64,000 nt of DNA, taken from assembly GCA_964247055.1 (NCBI GenBank), contig OZ176055.1, forward strand, positions 9,548,001 to 9,612,000, in the 5' to 3' direction. Position 1 is the stretch's first letter; each line of letters begins with the position of its first letter. The translations under genes and the position numbers were made by a program. Shown piece after piece: positions 25,944 to 39,200 of the stretch. This DNA is from Paragordius varius. Taxonomy: Eukaryota; Animalia; Nematomorpha. Under the pieces are notes generated by a model that was not told where the DNA came from, ran no database searches, and saw only the letters and a program-made list of their open reading frames with translations.

Positions 25944-26950
25944 AAGCATAGACGTATGTTAAATAGTAATTGAAGAACCATGTATTTAGTTAGCGTGGTT
26001 AATCAATAAGCAATTATAAATCATAGAGCTAAGTATTTTTTTAAGCTTTGTGTTATAATAATCCCTTAAAATTTTCGTTTTATCTACATATTAGCTTCAT
26101 TGGGATACCTTCGTAGAATCCGTTTTGAGAGACGTGGTCCCAATCCATTTTCCACAACTTTAGTATACATGAATAAATATATGTCGGTACAAAGGTTGGA
26201 GATTGGTGCCATAGATATGTCAACTATAAAGGAAATGGTTTAATTTTTCATTATGCAAATTTACAATATTTTGATTTGTGATTAAAACGAATTCGAATAT
26301 GTTAAATAATAATTACTTAACGGATTTTTAAGTTAAAATATCATTGAACTGATTAAAACTCGAAGTTTCATGATGTAACTAAGCTTACTTCGACTGTAAA
26401 TTTTAAACACTCATATATAAATGGGCAAAAGGCAAAAGATATTACCTAATATTGCGTGGCTGTTTGAATGACACATAAGCAGATATTTATAATTTTAAAA
26501 GTGAATCAAAAGAAGCCGCGGTCTGAGTACCACTGGGTTAAACGACCCACATTTTTCATTTTGTTGCATATGTTTTAAAAAATTGATAAGGTTTAATTTA
26601 TCTGTGCCGATTTTCAAAATGTCAATTGGTTTATTATAACCATAACTCCAAAAAATTTTTGGGTTCAGCTTTTTAAAACACAACACATGGCTTGAATATA
26701 AATTTATTATAAATTATCAATCTTTTTTCATAGAGTTTTGGTGAAATGACATTTTTTCCCTTGTTCAATAAATTATATCGTATCCAAATAACTCCGTATT
26801 TTCGTCACAAGCTGGTAACTGCTTATCAAGTAACATGTTATTATCTCAGAACTGGAAACGGTATGAATATGCTTTAAAAAGATTTTTCTAAAGATCACAC
26901 TCCATTTTTTACTGCCTGATAGTAAGGGCGTCCATTGCTAAAATTTTTAT

Positions 26951-26954
<4 letters not shown>

Positions 26955-27007
<53 letters not shown>
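26955..27007. repeat. (TA)n microsatellite
   Basis: Pure TA run. Others at 24668-24702, 25897-25940, 30941-30970, 50631-50668 and 58841-58862; (GA)n at about 15519-15537. Confidence 0.95.
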
Positions 27008-27009
<2 letters not shown>

Positions 27010-27056
27010 TTTTACTTAGTATGTAAACTCAGTCATTTAAGGATTTCAATATTTAA

Positions 27057-27605
27057 CACATTGATTCAAATTGGGGTATCTAAATACCCCAGAATAAATT
27101 ATAGTTAGGATTTTTAAAAAACTACTGAAGGAAACGGTCTCAATTTAAATTTATGCTTCTATCCTAATAAAAATTATATAAAAATGCCAAAATACCTAAA
27201 TAAAATTTTGTTTTGAAAAAAAAGTTCCATGTCAAACTACTTCGGCGCCATTTTTATTTTACAAAATTTTTGCAAAATATCGTCTTCATTTAATTTTAAG
27301 GGTAAAACTAAAACTATTTTTTATTTAAATTACATTTAACATTGATAGAAATAGAAAAAGCGGTTTATTTTGTATTATTTTTCATTTTTACCATTGCACA
27401 CATGTCACGTTGACTAAATCTTTACCTTTCGGTTTGGCTTAAGATAAAATATATCAAGTATTTTAAAATAAAAATATTTATATATTTCGGTTTATTAATG
27501 TTATTTCCTTCCATATTTTTTAAAAAATTTAATTTTAAACAGGACTGGGGTATTACTAACCCAATTTGATTCGAAGGACTAAAACGAATGTGTTGTATCC
27601 AAGTG
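27057..27605 (+). mobile_element. MITE family A copy
   Basis: TTAA on both sides (27053-56, 27606-09); closely similar to 44385-44960 throughout. Confidence 0.85.
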
Positions 27606-28519
27606 TTAAACCCAAATATACATTCATAATTTGTTAAATATATAAGCGCACTCAATAGATAAAAAAATGTCTTTCGAAAAAACCGATAGCTTGTATGGGA
27701 TTAATTTTATCAGAATCGCTACTTTTGATTTGTAATAAATTTAATATAGAATACATTATTTAAATTAACATTTTTATAACATTAAATGATGAGAAAAGCA
27801 AAACATGTCAAACAAACAAAATTTTAAGGGTAAAAACTTTCCAAACTTTGACGTTTAAATTTTGGTAGCTATGCACTAATTAATTAGTTAAAACTTAAAA
27901 TAACATAAAAATTATATAAATATTCAAAATGAAAAGTATATGACACAATTTCAATTAATAATAAAATTTTATGGTTAGGAGTATGTGTTAAAAAAACTTT
28001 GAAAGATAGCAAGTTTCAGTTAAATTTATTTGATGAGATTTCTACACCGGTTACAATGGAATCTTTAATATTTCCATACGCCTTTTAAAATAGTTTACAT
28101 ATGGATTGTGTTATTTATAGTTTTGTCTATTTTAGTTTAATAAATTATTAGAAATTTTTTATAAGCGATAAATTTATAATTTATCTTTGTATGTATTATT
28201 TATTTAGTGGGCCCAATGACATGGATACCCAGGAAATTGAAGGCGACATTAAATAATTTTACAATATATGACATAATATGTCAGCTGTGTTTTTGGCCAC
28301 CAACACAACACATCTGTCATGAATGTGTTGCATACACTATGGATATGAATCCATACGTTTATAGAATAAATTATAATTAATTTAATGCATACAAATATAT
28401 ATATATGCATATCTAGTGTAATCATAAGATATTACCGGTTAAAGAAGTCAGAGAAAAGTGTGCAAGTGATAATTGGATATAGCCCTTATTGCAATTTCTA
28501 ATATTGAGCGACAAACAAC

Positions 28520-29315
28520 AAGTTGAGTTGGCCAAAAAAATAGCGTTTTAGTTTTATTATTTACTAATTATTTCGAATTTTGTGCCTGATAAAAAAATGC
28601 ATCACGCATTGTCATCGGGAGAAAATTGTTTTTAAAAGTTATTGTTTGCTGGCAGAAACATATGATAAACATGCTATATTGATTACACATGTAAAACATG
28701 TTTCAAGATAATATTTGTAATCTCATGTAAAAGAATATGGGCGCTCTGGTAGACTACACAACTGACGCAGAAGTGCAAGAGTTATTGAGCGTCAAATCGA
28801 AAATCGCAAAAGACTTGAAATCCTGTTTAATGTCACCAAAGGTAATTATTTTTGCATTGAATTGTGTAGGATGATAAAAAATGGCTTTATTTTGTAAATC
28901 TAAAGCGGAAAAATTATGGATCGGCAAGAAGACCTTGCTCTGTGTGCATTCTAAATTTTTACAAACTTTAATACACAAATCTATTTTCAAATGACAAATT
29001 TAAACAATACAGTAATCAAAAAAGACCAGAATTGACTAGAAGACATGGTAAAGTCATTTTTCTGCATGACACTCCGATTTTTAAATCAATGAAAGATATC
29101 TTGGGATCGCTTCGATAGGAAAGATCCGCTTGTATCCTGACCTGGCGCCATCAAACTAATAATACGCATCAATGGGGCATACCCTCGCAAGGCAAAATTT
29201 AAATAATTTGAAAGATGTTAGAAACTGACTTGGCGAATGGTTTTCCGCAAAAGACAATCCTACGTAAGAGATGGGCGAAATATATAGAAGCCGATGTCCA
29301 ATCTTTAAAATAAAT
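28520..29315 (+). mobile_element. Degenerate mariner element 2 (internally deleted)
   Basis: SNFVPDKKMHHA at about 28575, KRPELTRRHGKVIFLHD at about 29020-29070, YPDLAPSN...SMGHTLARQNLNNLKDVRN*LGEWFSAKD, and RKRWAKYIEAD at about 29270. Confidence 0.85.
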
Positions 29316-29319
29316 TTTA

Positions 29320-30230
29320 TTTCAAAAAAAGTCCACCAGCTTGAACACATTTCCCCATTTACCAGGTGATATAATGACATGCCAAGGAAACAGTTTGTTT
29401 TTTGCGGTAAACCATTTGAATTTTCCAATCTTTACCAAAATATTGAAGGCAAGCTATGCAAGCGTGTGCTCCATTGATGTGAATAGATAAAAGTCAGATG
29501 GCGCAGGTCAGGAGAGTACAATCGATGTTGAACAATTTTCATAAAAAGATGTTCTTCACTGGTTTTGCCGTGCATGACGAAGCATTTTGTTGTTTCAAAT
29601 TCTTGCGATGTCTTCTGGCCCATTCCGTCATTTTTCGGATAAAACATGTTTTAAATTAATAAATTTGTGGCGATAGAGTTATATAATAATCCACGGCACT
29701 CCTGAAGTTTATAATACATAATACCACTCTTATCCCATCCGAGACAGGAGCTCTTCTTGCCGAAGCGATTTACTTGAGGCGTTGATGATCCGGCCTGGCA
29801 AAGTAGGGAATTTTTCTGCTTTGGATTTACAAAATAAATTAACTTCTCATCATCCGTCGCAATTTAGTGCAAAAATGATTTTATTTCGTGACTTTGAGGC
29901 GTGATTTCGCAAGTCACTTGGAAATTTCAATATTCTTCTCTTAAAATGTTTGGGACCCATTTGAGGAGATTATTTGTCTTTCCACGCGTAGACATCTGGT
30001 GATTATTTTTTGTGGTAAATGTGATGCGTCCGCTATTAACTTTAAGTTGGGTCATCGTCTCTTTATCGTTTTCGCAGTTCTGTTACCTAAATAGAGTGTC
30101 CAACTTTTATATTAAAATCACAACTTTAAACCATATCCACATGTTTTTATCGATTGTTCACCATATGTTTCTGCTAATAAACGATGACTTTTAACTTATT
30201 TTAATCAATTACAGGCATAAAATTTGACAT
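29320..30230 (-). mobile_element. Degenerate mariner element 3
   Basis: Minus strand: MSNFMP (about 30220), LLAETYGEQSIKTC, and HRLYSPDL..PSDFYLFTSMEHTLA (about 29460-29530). Frameshifted. Confidence 0.85.
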
Positions 30231-30724
30231 GATTACTGAATGATGATGATTCGGTGATGCTAACATTATTATCACAAAGGATTTTGATTTAAAAATGTGT
30301 TTGACTTCAAATTTTAAGGTTTGTTAAAAACTTAACTTATATATAACTTAAAAAAACGATTCTTTTCGCCAATATAAGGTGATAATTTTTTATTTGGTGG
30401 CGCGCGGGCAAAAGGTTGGGAACCACTGGTTTAGTATTAATATAGTATTTTTTGGATGAACCATTTAGCTTTCAGTAAAAAAATTAATTAGCAAAATATG
30501 CTTAAATTTTGCAATTTCCAGATGTAGAGCAGTTACCAAAAATGGGTAATATCTTATCACTTGTTCAAAACCAAAAGCACTTAGCATTTCTCCATCAAAC
30601 ATTTATATATGGATATTTTTTGTGTGCTCTATGTTAGAGGCATGTAGTCAATTAACCACCGTTAGCGATATTATTTCATTTCGGTTTTGTAATGAGCTTT
30701 TGAGGATAGTTTTATAATTTAGAA

Positions 30725-30920
30725 ATGGATAATACTTTGTTTTCCGTCTGCGGCCTTTTCCTATCCCGTTTACTTTTACATAGCATTATATTCTTGTCCA
30801 AAGAATTTCCTCGTATTAGGTGTCCAAAGCAGCTGAATTTTGGTTATTTTACAGTGTGGTGCTATTTGGAGTTTAGGTTTTCGTTATCAGTGTTTTTATA
30901 TTGTTCTTCCATGGAGCACG
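30725..30920 (-). mobile_element. RTE-clade LINE 3' end remnant
   Basis: Minus strand PKFSCFGHLIRGNSLDKNIMLCKSKRDRKRP resembles the RTE ORF C-terminal motif LxYFGHLxRxxSLEKxxMLGKxEGxRxRGR. Confidence 0.6.
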
Positions 30921-30932
30921 AGGTAATATTTC

Positions 30933-30974
<42 letters not shown>

Positions 30975-32079
30975 ATCAGAATGTATCAAATTTTGGTTGT
31001 GCGTTTTTGATTTATTTAGATAGAGTTGATCATAAGCTTATATGAATAAATTTGGAGATCAAGCGCATACAAATAATCACATAAAACCAAAAACAGCTGT
31101 TATCCATATATTCGCCTTAAACTAGATGGTAAAAATGCTTAACGCCTAAAATTTTACCATATGTATGTATTAATATAATTAACATCTAAATATCAAAATT
31201 GCTTAAATAGATTAAAAAATAAATATTTTTAGCGACATTTCAACTGTTTTTTTATAAGTTACGCATCGTAATTCAATTATACAATAGAGTTATAGAGCTT
31301 TGCCTTCTGGCTTAAAAAGTATGGCCAGAATACTCAAAATGCTTTTTTTTCAGATATAATACCATCGCCTTGAACTAAAATATAAAACGTACAAAGTGCC
31401 AAATTTGACATGTTGATAATTCAGGGTCAAAAAAGTGGATTATTTAATTTTGGATAAACTTCCTCGCTATCAGAATTTAGAAAAATCTGATGGCGTAAAA
31501 CTTTTATTCAAGTAATCTATTCTGAATATTATTTTGCTATAAATTTTTATTTATTAATCAAATTGACAAAAACGTGCTAATTAATAAATAATAGAGAAAA
31601 ATATAAATTTACTTGTTTTTATAAATTTTAGATTTATAAAGCGACATATCTTAAATGCTAATTTTTTTTCAAATTCAATCAAAAAATTTTATTTATGGAT
31701 AATTAATGTCCAAAAATATAATCAAATATCAGTTTATGAAAACGTGTTTTATTCAGAATAAACTTTCTATAATAATCAAAGAAATTTACTCGTTGAATAC
31801 CAGAGATGCAACATAAGCTTATTGAGTAAAATTAGAGACAAAATACTAAATTATTTCTGTATAAAAATAAGATGTAAATAATATTAGTGAAATAATATTT
31901 GAAAAGCATATATTTTGATATTTTATATACCATAAGCAAATCACTTGTTTATGCTAAAAATTAAAATTATTGATTTAAGCGTTGTATTACATTTATAAAA
32001 TTTGACATGTTAAAATGGTCATTAGATAATTTTATGAATACTTTTAAAATTATTAAATATATATTTGCAATAATTCTTA

Positions 32080-32615
32080 CACTTCGATTCGAATTGGGGT
32101 ATCTAAATACCCCAGACTAAATTTAGGTTAGGATATTTAAAAAACTTCTGAAGGAAACGGTCCCAATTTAATTATATGCTTCTATCCTAAAAAAATTATA
32201 TGAATATGCCGAAATATCTAAATAAAATTTTGTGAAAAAAAAGTTCCATGTCAAACTACTTCGACGCCATTTTTATTTTTCAAAATTTTTGCAAAGTATC
32301 GTCTTAATTTAATTTTAAGGGTAAAATTAAAGCTAATTTTTTATTTAAATTACATCTAACATTGATAGAAATAGAAAAAGCGGTTTATTTTGTATTGTTT
32401 TCTAATTTACCATTTCACATGTCACGTTGACGAAATTTTTACCTTTAGGTTTTAGCTTAAAATAAGTAATATCAAGTATTTTTGAATAAAATTTTTAATA
32501 TATTTCGGTTTATTAATGTTATATAAGTGCAAAATCTTGCCATGGCTTTGATTCCTTCCTTATTTTTTAATCCAATTACCCCAATTTAAATCAAAGGACT
32601 GGAAATGTGTTGTTA
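32080..32615 (+). mobile_element. MITE family A copy, right end degenerate
   Basis: Left end CACTTCGATTCGAATTGGGGTATCTAAATACCCC; internal sequence colinear with the other copies. Confidence 0.8.
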
Positions 32616-33401
32616 TTGGCCATATAAATTTCAATTCTTAATAAATAAAGTTTTATACATGAATAAAAAGTGGATAGCAAAAACCATCAATTTTCCACAA
32701 AAATACCAAATTAACAGCATTCAATATATATCGCCCAGGGTGTGCACCTAGACATTGGTAAATATATTTAATGAACGAGAGATTGAAAAAAACTGAAATT
32801 ATCATTTTTCGGGTTTTAACAATATTTATTGAAAGATGTAAATCATTACTTATCAATTTTAAAAACTGATCGAATTCGTTAAATAAATCTATATTTTTTT
32901 ATTAAAATATTACACTAGCATATGGCATAAAATATTATTAGTCCATAAAAGAATAAAAAACAGCCCAGTTGTATATACACATATCCATAGTATCCCTATG
33001 TTTTTTTTAAAAAAACATTTTTTTATTTTATGGACCAATATTGTTTAATGCCATACGCTACTGTATATGAAATAAATTAATTTGCCGTATGATAATTTTT
33101 TTTTCTACATTGTTAAACAAAACAACATTAAAATTATGTGTGCGATCTAATATGATTGATTGAAATTAATTTTTTATTTTTATAAGAAGATGATCGTTAT
33201 TATAATATAATTCTGAAGTGATGTATTGTTGTGGACTGGAGCTTGTTTTTTCTAGATTACATATTCTATCTTTTTGGTAATGAAAACAATTATCTCAATA
33301 ATCACTCCATTGCAAATATATTATCTAATATATAACATAATTTTAACAAGGGTAGTAATTAGTTAGGATATACACTTGAAAACAACTAAATCTCCCTCCC
33401 C

Positions 33402-33409
33402 TATATAAA
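33402..33409 (+). promoter_or_regulatory. TATA box of the Gly/Tyr-rich gene
   Basis: TATATAAA directly after a C-rich tract (ctccctcccc), about 70 bp upstream of ATG 33479. Confidence 0.5.
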
Positions 33410-33478
33410 TAGGTGATGTAACTTTATTTCTAAAATTTTGATTTATCTTGTTGCACCATTCTAAGATCTTTACAATTA

Positions 33479-34029
33479 ATGTCAAACCAAATTTCTGGAT
33501 CTAGGGTAAATTGTTATATTTATATATATTTTTAAATACCAGTTTTAAACATTTAATTACTAAAAGAAGTGTCTTAGCATATACTTGCTTTATTCCAAAA
33601 TCCTTTTTAAAAATAATTAAAACACTCTAGTCTATATGATTTCACCTTGAACTATTATTGCTATTTTACATAAATCTCTTCTATGTCATACAGTTGTTTG
33701 GAGTCATTGCAACAACCCTGCTTGTCGTTTTATGCGCCATCTTCCTAAACAGCAACAATAAGGGATGTGTGGAAGCTCTGTCTCATCCCAGATGGGGTTG
33801 GGGTGGCGGTTGGAGAAGGCCTTTTGGCGGTTATGGCGGATACGGAGGATATGGTGGTTACTATGGTAACCCATATGGCGGCGGTTACTATGGCAACGCA
33901 TATGGTGGATATGGCGGATACGGTGGTTACTATGGAGGCGGTTATGGACGCCCCTACTATGGAGGGTATGGGGGTGGTTATGGCGGTGGATATGGACGCC
34001 CATGGGGTGGCGGATGGCATGGACGGTAA
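33479..34029 (+). CDS. Small secreted Gly/Tyr-rich protein (120 aa; GGY repeats; C-terminal ...WHGR)
   Basis: Exon 1 33479-33505 (MSNQISGSR), intron 33506-33693 (GT-AG, phase 0), exon 2 33694-34029. A hydrophobic signal (LFGVIATTLLVVLCAIFL) is followed by WGWGGGWRRPF and about 65 aa of GGY/YGG repeats. Codon usage varies among repeats, as expected for coding sequence. Confidence 0.85.
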
Positions 34030-34529
34030 TGATTGAATTGCATTTTATACGTTTTTGGATTTATTCTTTTTGGAAAGTTTTTTCTCACAAATTTAATTTA
34101 TACAGATTTATTTTTATTAATCATAACAACCAAATGTTTTTACATATCTAGATTCCGTGGTTGAAATGGTGTGTGCTTCTAAATTCATAGTGTCTTCTCA
34201 ATAATTACCCTCTCCCTCATACCAACATTCTCAAAAATATATTATAACATTATTATTATTAGTTTGACAAATAAATAAATTATTCACGATTTAAATGCGA
34301 GTATACTTAATTGGATGTGTTTTTATTTTGGGCCTATGGTTCATAAATAATGTCATCTGAAAGAGTTTTTCTATCGAAATAAATTAGCCGTAGTGTCGGT
34401 ATCGATATTACTCTAACCAATCTGCCAATACTTTCAGGCAAAAATCAGGATATTTTAACAGTGGACTCTAAAAAATAAGAACATAGTTTTGAAAAGAATA
34501 CACCGCAATAACATTTAAGTTTATAGGAA

Positions 34530-35115
34530 ATCTATTATTTTATTTTTGTCTATAGGCTTATTCAGATTTTGCCTATCTCACGTGATATATAAATGCCCTG
34601 ACATAAAAACTGATGTCTTTTGCAGTAAACCATTAGTCAAGCCATTTTCCCCCGTCTTCGAAATTGTTTAGGGGCTGCTTTGCCAGGGTGTACTCCAATT
34701 ATGGCAGATATAAATCTGATGGCGTCACACCATTGAAGCAATTTAAGAGTGTCTTTTGGTTTTTTTCCCTTTGATTGTAGTCGCCTACTTGTTCTTTGAT
34801 ATGTGTAATGCTTGTGCCAATTGCCGTTAAATTTAAGTTGGGTTGATTAATAAATCCTGAGCTTTCTTGTCTTCGCAGTTGTGTGTGGTTAATCAAAGTT
34901 TCCACATCTTTTGACATAAAAATCAAAACTTTATATCATAAGCCAGTATTTGGATAATAATGCATTCACCATATGTTTCCACTAGCAAACAAAGACTTTT
35001 AACAACCTTTTTATGATGATATAAAATTAAAGCGTGCCGTAAATGTTCTTTTTCAACACATAATTCGAAGAGATTACCGAATGATAAAAATCAGATGCGA
35101 CTCAACTTGTAGGTT
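34530..35115 (-). mobile_element. Degenerate mariner element 4 (large internal deletion)
   Basis: Minus strand: SNYVLKKEHLRHALILYHHKK...LLVETYGE joined through a deletion to TPSDLYLP*LEYTLAKQPLNNFED..KWLD*WFTAKD. The 5' flank AGTTGAGT is shared with elements 1 and 2. Confidence 0.8.
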
Positions 35116-36203
35116 TTTGTAGTTTAATGTTCTGTATTAAATTACTAGTCTTCTTTTTATAATCATGTCTTCTTGTATATAAATCCTATGACAACATCTG
35201 ATAATTCCAAAAAAAATAGTAAGGTGCATATAATACAAATAATATAAAATATTTAGAACGAAGTAAAAATTATCCAATAAAACAATGACTAAACTATTTA
35301 TTATAAATCCAAAATTTAACATTGAAATAAATGTTTCACAAGCCGTATTTTAGCCATGGATGTTTGATTGGTAGCTTGGTTTAATCTTCTACTAAAGTGA
35401 TATGGAGAATCCGAATTTGCAAAAACTAATCGGTTACATATTACAAAATTTAGCATAAGCTGAGGCTTGTTTTCAAATTGAAACGAAAATGGCTTTTGTA
35501 AGTCTGGCACCTGTGTTATTGGTGGAATGAATATCGACCTTCAATCTTTGCGTCATGAATTCAATTTGAGCCTAATATATTTATAAATACCGATAATAAA
35601 TAGTTTGAAGTTAAATTTATATATTTTTGTCTTTCGAAAAATATTATTTAAACACATCATTTAAACTTTGAATTTTATACTACTTTATAGGTCAATTTTA
35701 ACTAGCAATCTAGCGTTTTGCCCTTAGTGCCTATGTTTTATATAAAACAGCATAAGTAAGTGCTATTGATAGAAAGTTATTTATTATTACCAAATAGGAT
35801 ATGCAGCAAAGAGAATTATTATTGGCTAATAATAGTAAAAAGTGAAAAAATAACTGTATAAAAGCCAAAAAATATTTGAAGAAACTGTATCGTAATTATG
35901 ATCTAATTTATGTGAATACATATCATGTAAGTGTGAGAAAATATTGATAAGCAGCTTGACACCAGCTTATTAGTAAACTACTGTTCCTCACTTTTCACCG
36001 TAATGTGGTAAAAATTGGACTATAAAGACTAATGCCAAACTAATCAACTACAAATTATTTGGGCAAAAAGGATGAGGTGACCTATTAAAATATTAGTTGC
36101 AAACTAACTAATATTAAACTGTATAAAATGCCAGATATTTTCTGCATTTAAATTATTCAATTTTAAAATTTTAATATATTTTCGCATACATAATTGTTAT
36201 TAC

Positions 36204-39200
36204 CGTTTGATCAACACCCAACATCAAATCTTCTTCAACTCCCGTATGAAGATCCAGAAATACAATGGAGCATGCAAAATCTTTACTCGGATTTATTGTA
36301 AGAAGCAACTATTTGTTAAATAATTTTATAAAGTGGTAAATAAGCAATTTATTTTTAAAAAAGCAAAGAGCGCTACAAAGGTTTTTTTGAGGTGCTATTA
36401 AATTACGGCCGAATATAGGTGAAAATTTCAAACAGATGTATCGAGCTTTGGGTTAATAAAGTTCAAAATTTATTTGGTCTATTGAATTATAAAATTAAAA
36501 AATATATTTTAAAATAATAAATTAAGACTCATATTTTGATGAAATTGTTTATGATATTGAGGTCTTTGTTTGCAATGATTCGATAGGAACAAACATTTAT
36601 TAAAATATCCTTTTTAATATAGCCATATGCCCTTTTTAGTGTTAGGAAAATGTTAGATATACTATTTACAGTTTAAAATTACCCTTGAACAAATTAAATT
36701 CACCCTCGAACATTCAAATTCACTCTAAAATAAATTATGTGTTTTTTATTTTCAAAATATAAAATAAATAAACTATGTCGTAAAAATATGTTTCATAGAT
36801 GAGTTATGTTATCGCAAAAACACATAATTTATTATTAGGGTGAATTTGAATTGTAAATGGTATATAGCCTCATATAATAACCATCCAAATAGAGGGGTAC
36901 AACCATCATCGAGAGACATATAAATTTTTAACGAAAAATGACCATTTTTTTTAAATATTTAATAATTTTTCCGGTTACCTTATTTGATCCAGAGCGCTAA
37001 ACAATAAATTAATTCCCGTATAAATGTTGATGGTTCAATACTAAATAATAATCCATTTTTCTATATCGGAAAATTTTTACCGTGGTTCCAGACGGCATAT
37101 GCCAAGTAAAATGGCCCAAATCTTTCACCAACTGTTTAACTTGAGATGGGAAGGTGAAAACGTCCAGGAATACCATTGAATCAATCGAGTACACCTTAAA
37201 AGTACTAAATATTTCGACAACAATCATTCTACGATTGCTCAAATCATATTTTGGGTACAATGGGATACCTCTATTTTGTATAATAATAATGTATTAAGTA
37301 TATCAACTCTTGCAATAAAAATTGAAATAATACAGACATAATGTAAAAATACGACTATTGTTACAAAAAAAGCTATTCTGCCTGTTTTTTTAAATAAGCT
37401 ATTTTTTTACAATTTATAATTATATAATTGAGTGTGCTACCAACAGTTCCCATCCTTTATCTGCAATCCAAATAATAAGTTATAATTAACAATTAAGTTT
37501 TAAAACATGCTTGTCTTTTTATGTCTTGATATTTTAACATTTTGTCTGTATGATTTAATTTTTACAGTAATTACGCATCTTTTAAATAAATTTCCATGCA
37601 AAATATATTTGAAATATAAAACAATTTCGTTTTAAACAAATCTTCTTACGGTATAATTGACTTCACCTACCTAATGAATTGTTTTTCAAATGCGCCTGAT
37701 AGATAAATGTTGAAAACACCGCCCCTATTCCCAATAAAATGACACATCTGTTCATCCTGAATGTAAAAATCTAAATATGTAATTATTTTGATTATTTCAT
37801 TAAAATAAATCATTAGCATATTTTGAATAGGACTATGCGTTAAAGATAGGTGGCAAATACAATAAAAATAGAATTATACAGATAAAACGTAAAAATTTTA
37901 AGGCTATAATTGTTTTCAAAAGACAGACCTTCAATATAACTGTTGCAAAGTATAAAATAGAGATGTATATTGGTAACACAATGAGTGTTTTTAAATGTAA
38001 TTAAACTAATGTGGAAAAATATTTGTCTATATATTTTTGCGTTTTGTTTGTATATTTTCAATTTTAACTGTATGCCACCCCGCTCTTTTACTATAGAAAA
38101 TCGTGAGTATGTAATGGCAGCTTACAACTTATAAACTTAAAAAAATTAAAAAATGTGCATTCAATGATCTGAGTGCATTCATTTTTTAATTAAATATTTT
38201 TAAAAATATAAAATTATAGGAAGCGATAAAAATTTACTGCAGAAGTTTTGAAATTGTACAAAATTAATCCCTCGTTTCCAAAACATTTAAGCTTTATAAT
38301 TATTTTTTATCAAAATTTTAACAATTAAAAAATATTTGTGAGGTGTAAAATTCATTCAGAAGTCGATACTATTAAAATAAGTTTGATCATTGTAATAATA
38401 ATTTATATATTATAATATATACCGCGTCCATGGAAACTTTCGTAATTTTTGAGTCCATTGTAGGCTATATAAAAAGAAATTAACCGATAATTTTTATTTA
38501 TCTTTGGAAACGGTATTTAAAATGTCATTAAGGGTTATGAATTTTATACTTTAAAATCCAAACGAAAAAAAGGTGTTTAATTAAAATGTTTATTAGAGTT
38601 TTTATGAGCGCTTATAAGTTGTAAATTTTAGATAATAATGCAAATCGCGGACTTTCAGAATCTGCCAATGAAACTTCAATATTTTATTAAAAAAATTGTA
38701 AAGCAGAGTTTTACAAATTTTACCATGTCAAAATGATGGCAAAAGCGCGGGAAATTTAAAAACCTGTATATAATCAATTTTAACCGTCTATGCATATCAA
38801 GGGGGTACTCTACTAAGTTACCGGCCTTTTTGATTTATCAAAAAAGGATCAAAAAAGCATTATATAAAAATATGGGCTTTAAGAAAAAACTTAACTTGAT
38901 CTTTTAGATTATTTTTTTATTCCCATCCTTTTTTTAACTACCACGAGTTACGGGACCATACAGCTTATACTCAAGCAAGATTTTTTTTGAATTATACATT
39001 ACCTTTGAGTTTAAATATATAAATGTTTTAGTCAGCACATATAAAGTATTAACCTAGTATCATTTCGGTGCTTGGGCGTTTAAAATGTTAAATTTTTTAA
39101 AAAACTAATGCTTTTCGTATAAAATCAAAAAAATATTAAGTTCTATGAGTAAAATCTTTTCTAAACTAATATTTTTATTATTATGAATATATTTTAAAAC

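Noticed and set aside
30725-31045. 106-aa plus-strand ORF
   Set aside because: Antisense to the RTE remnant and runs through a (TA)n tract; no coding signature.
33704-34036. Overlapping ORFs 33704-34003 (-), 33745-34020 (-) and 33767-34036 (+)
   Set aside because: Shadow frames of the low-complexity GGY coding repeat; only the GGY frame has a signal peptide, splice sites and a TATA box.
36204-36300. Plus-strand LQLPYEDPEI resembling the TGF-beta receptor kinase C-lobe (YQLPY), which could have been the missing kinase
   Set aside because: Isolated, ends in a stop, and no other kinase subdomains were found; the minus strand gives a clean AG/GT-bounded 35-codon exon in phase with the orphan gene.
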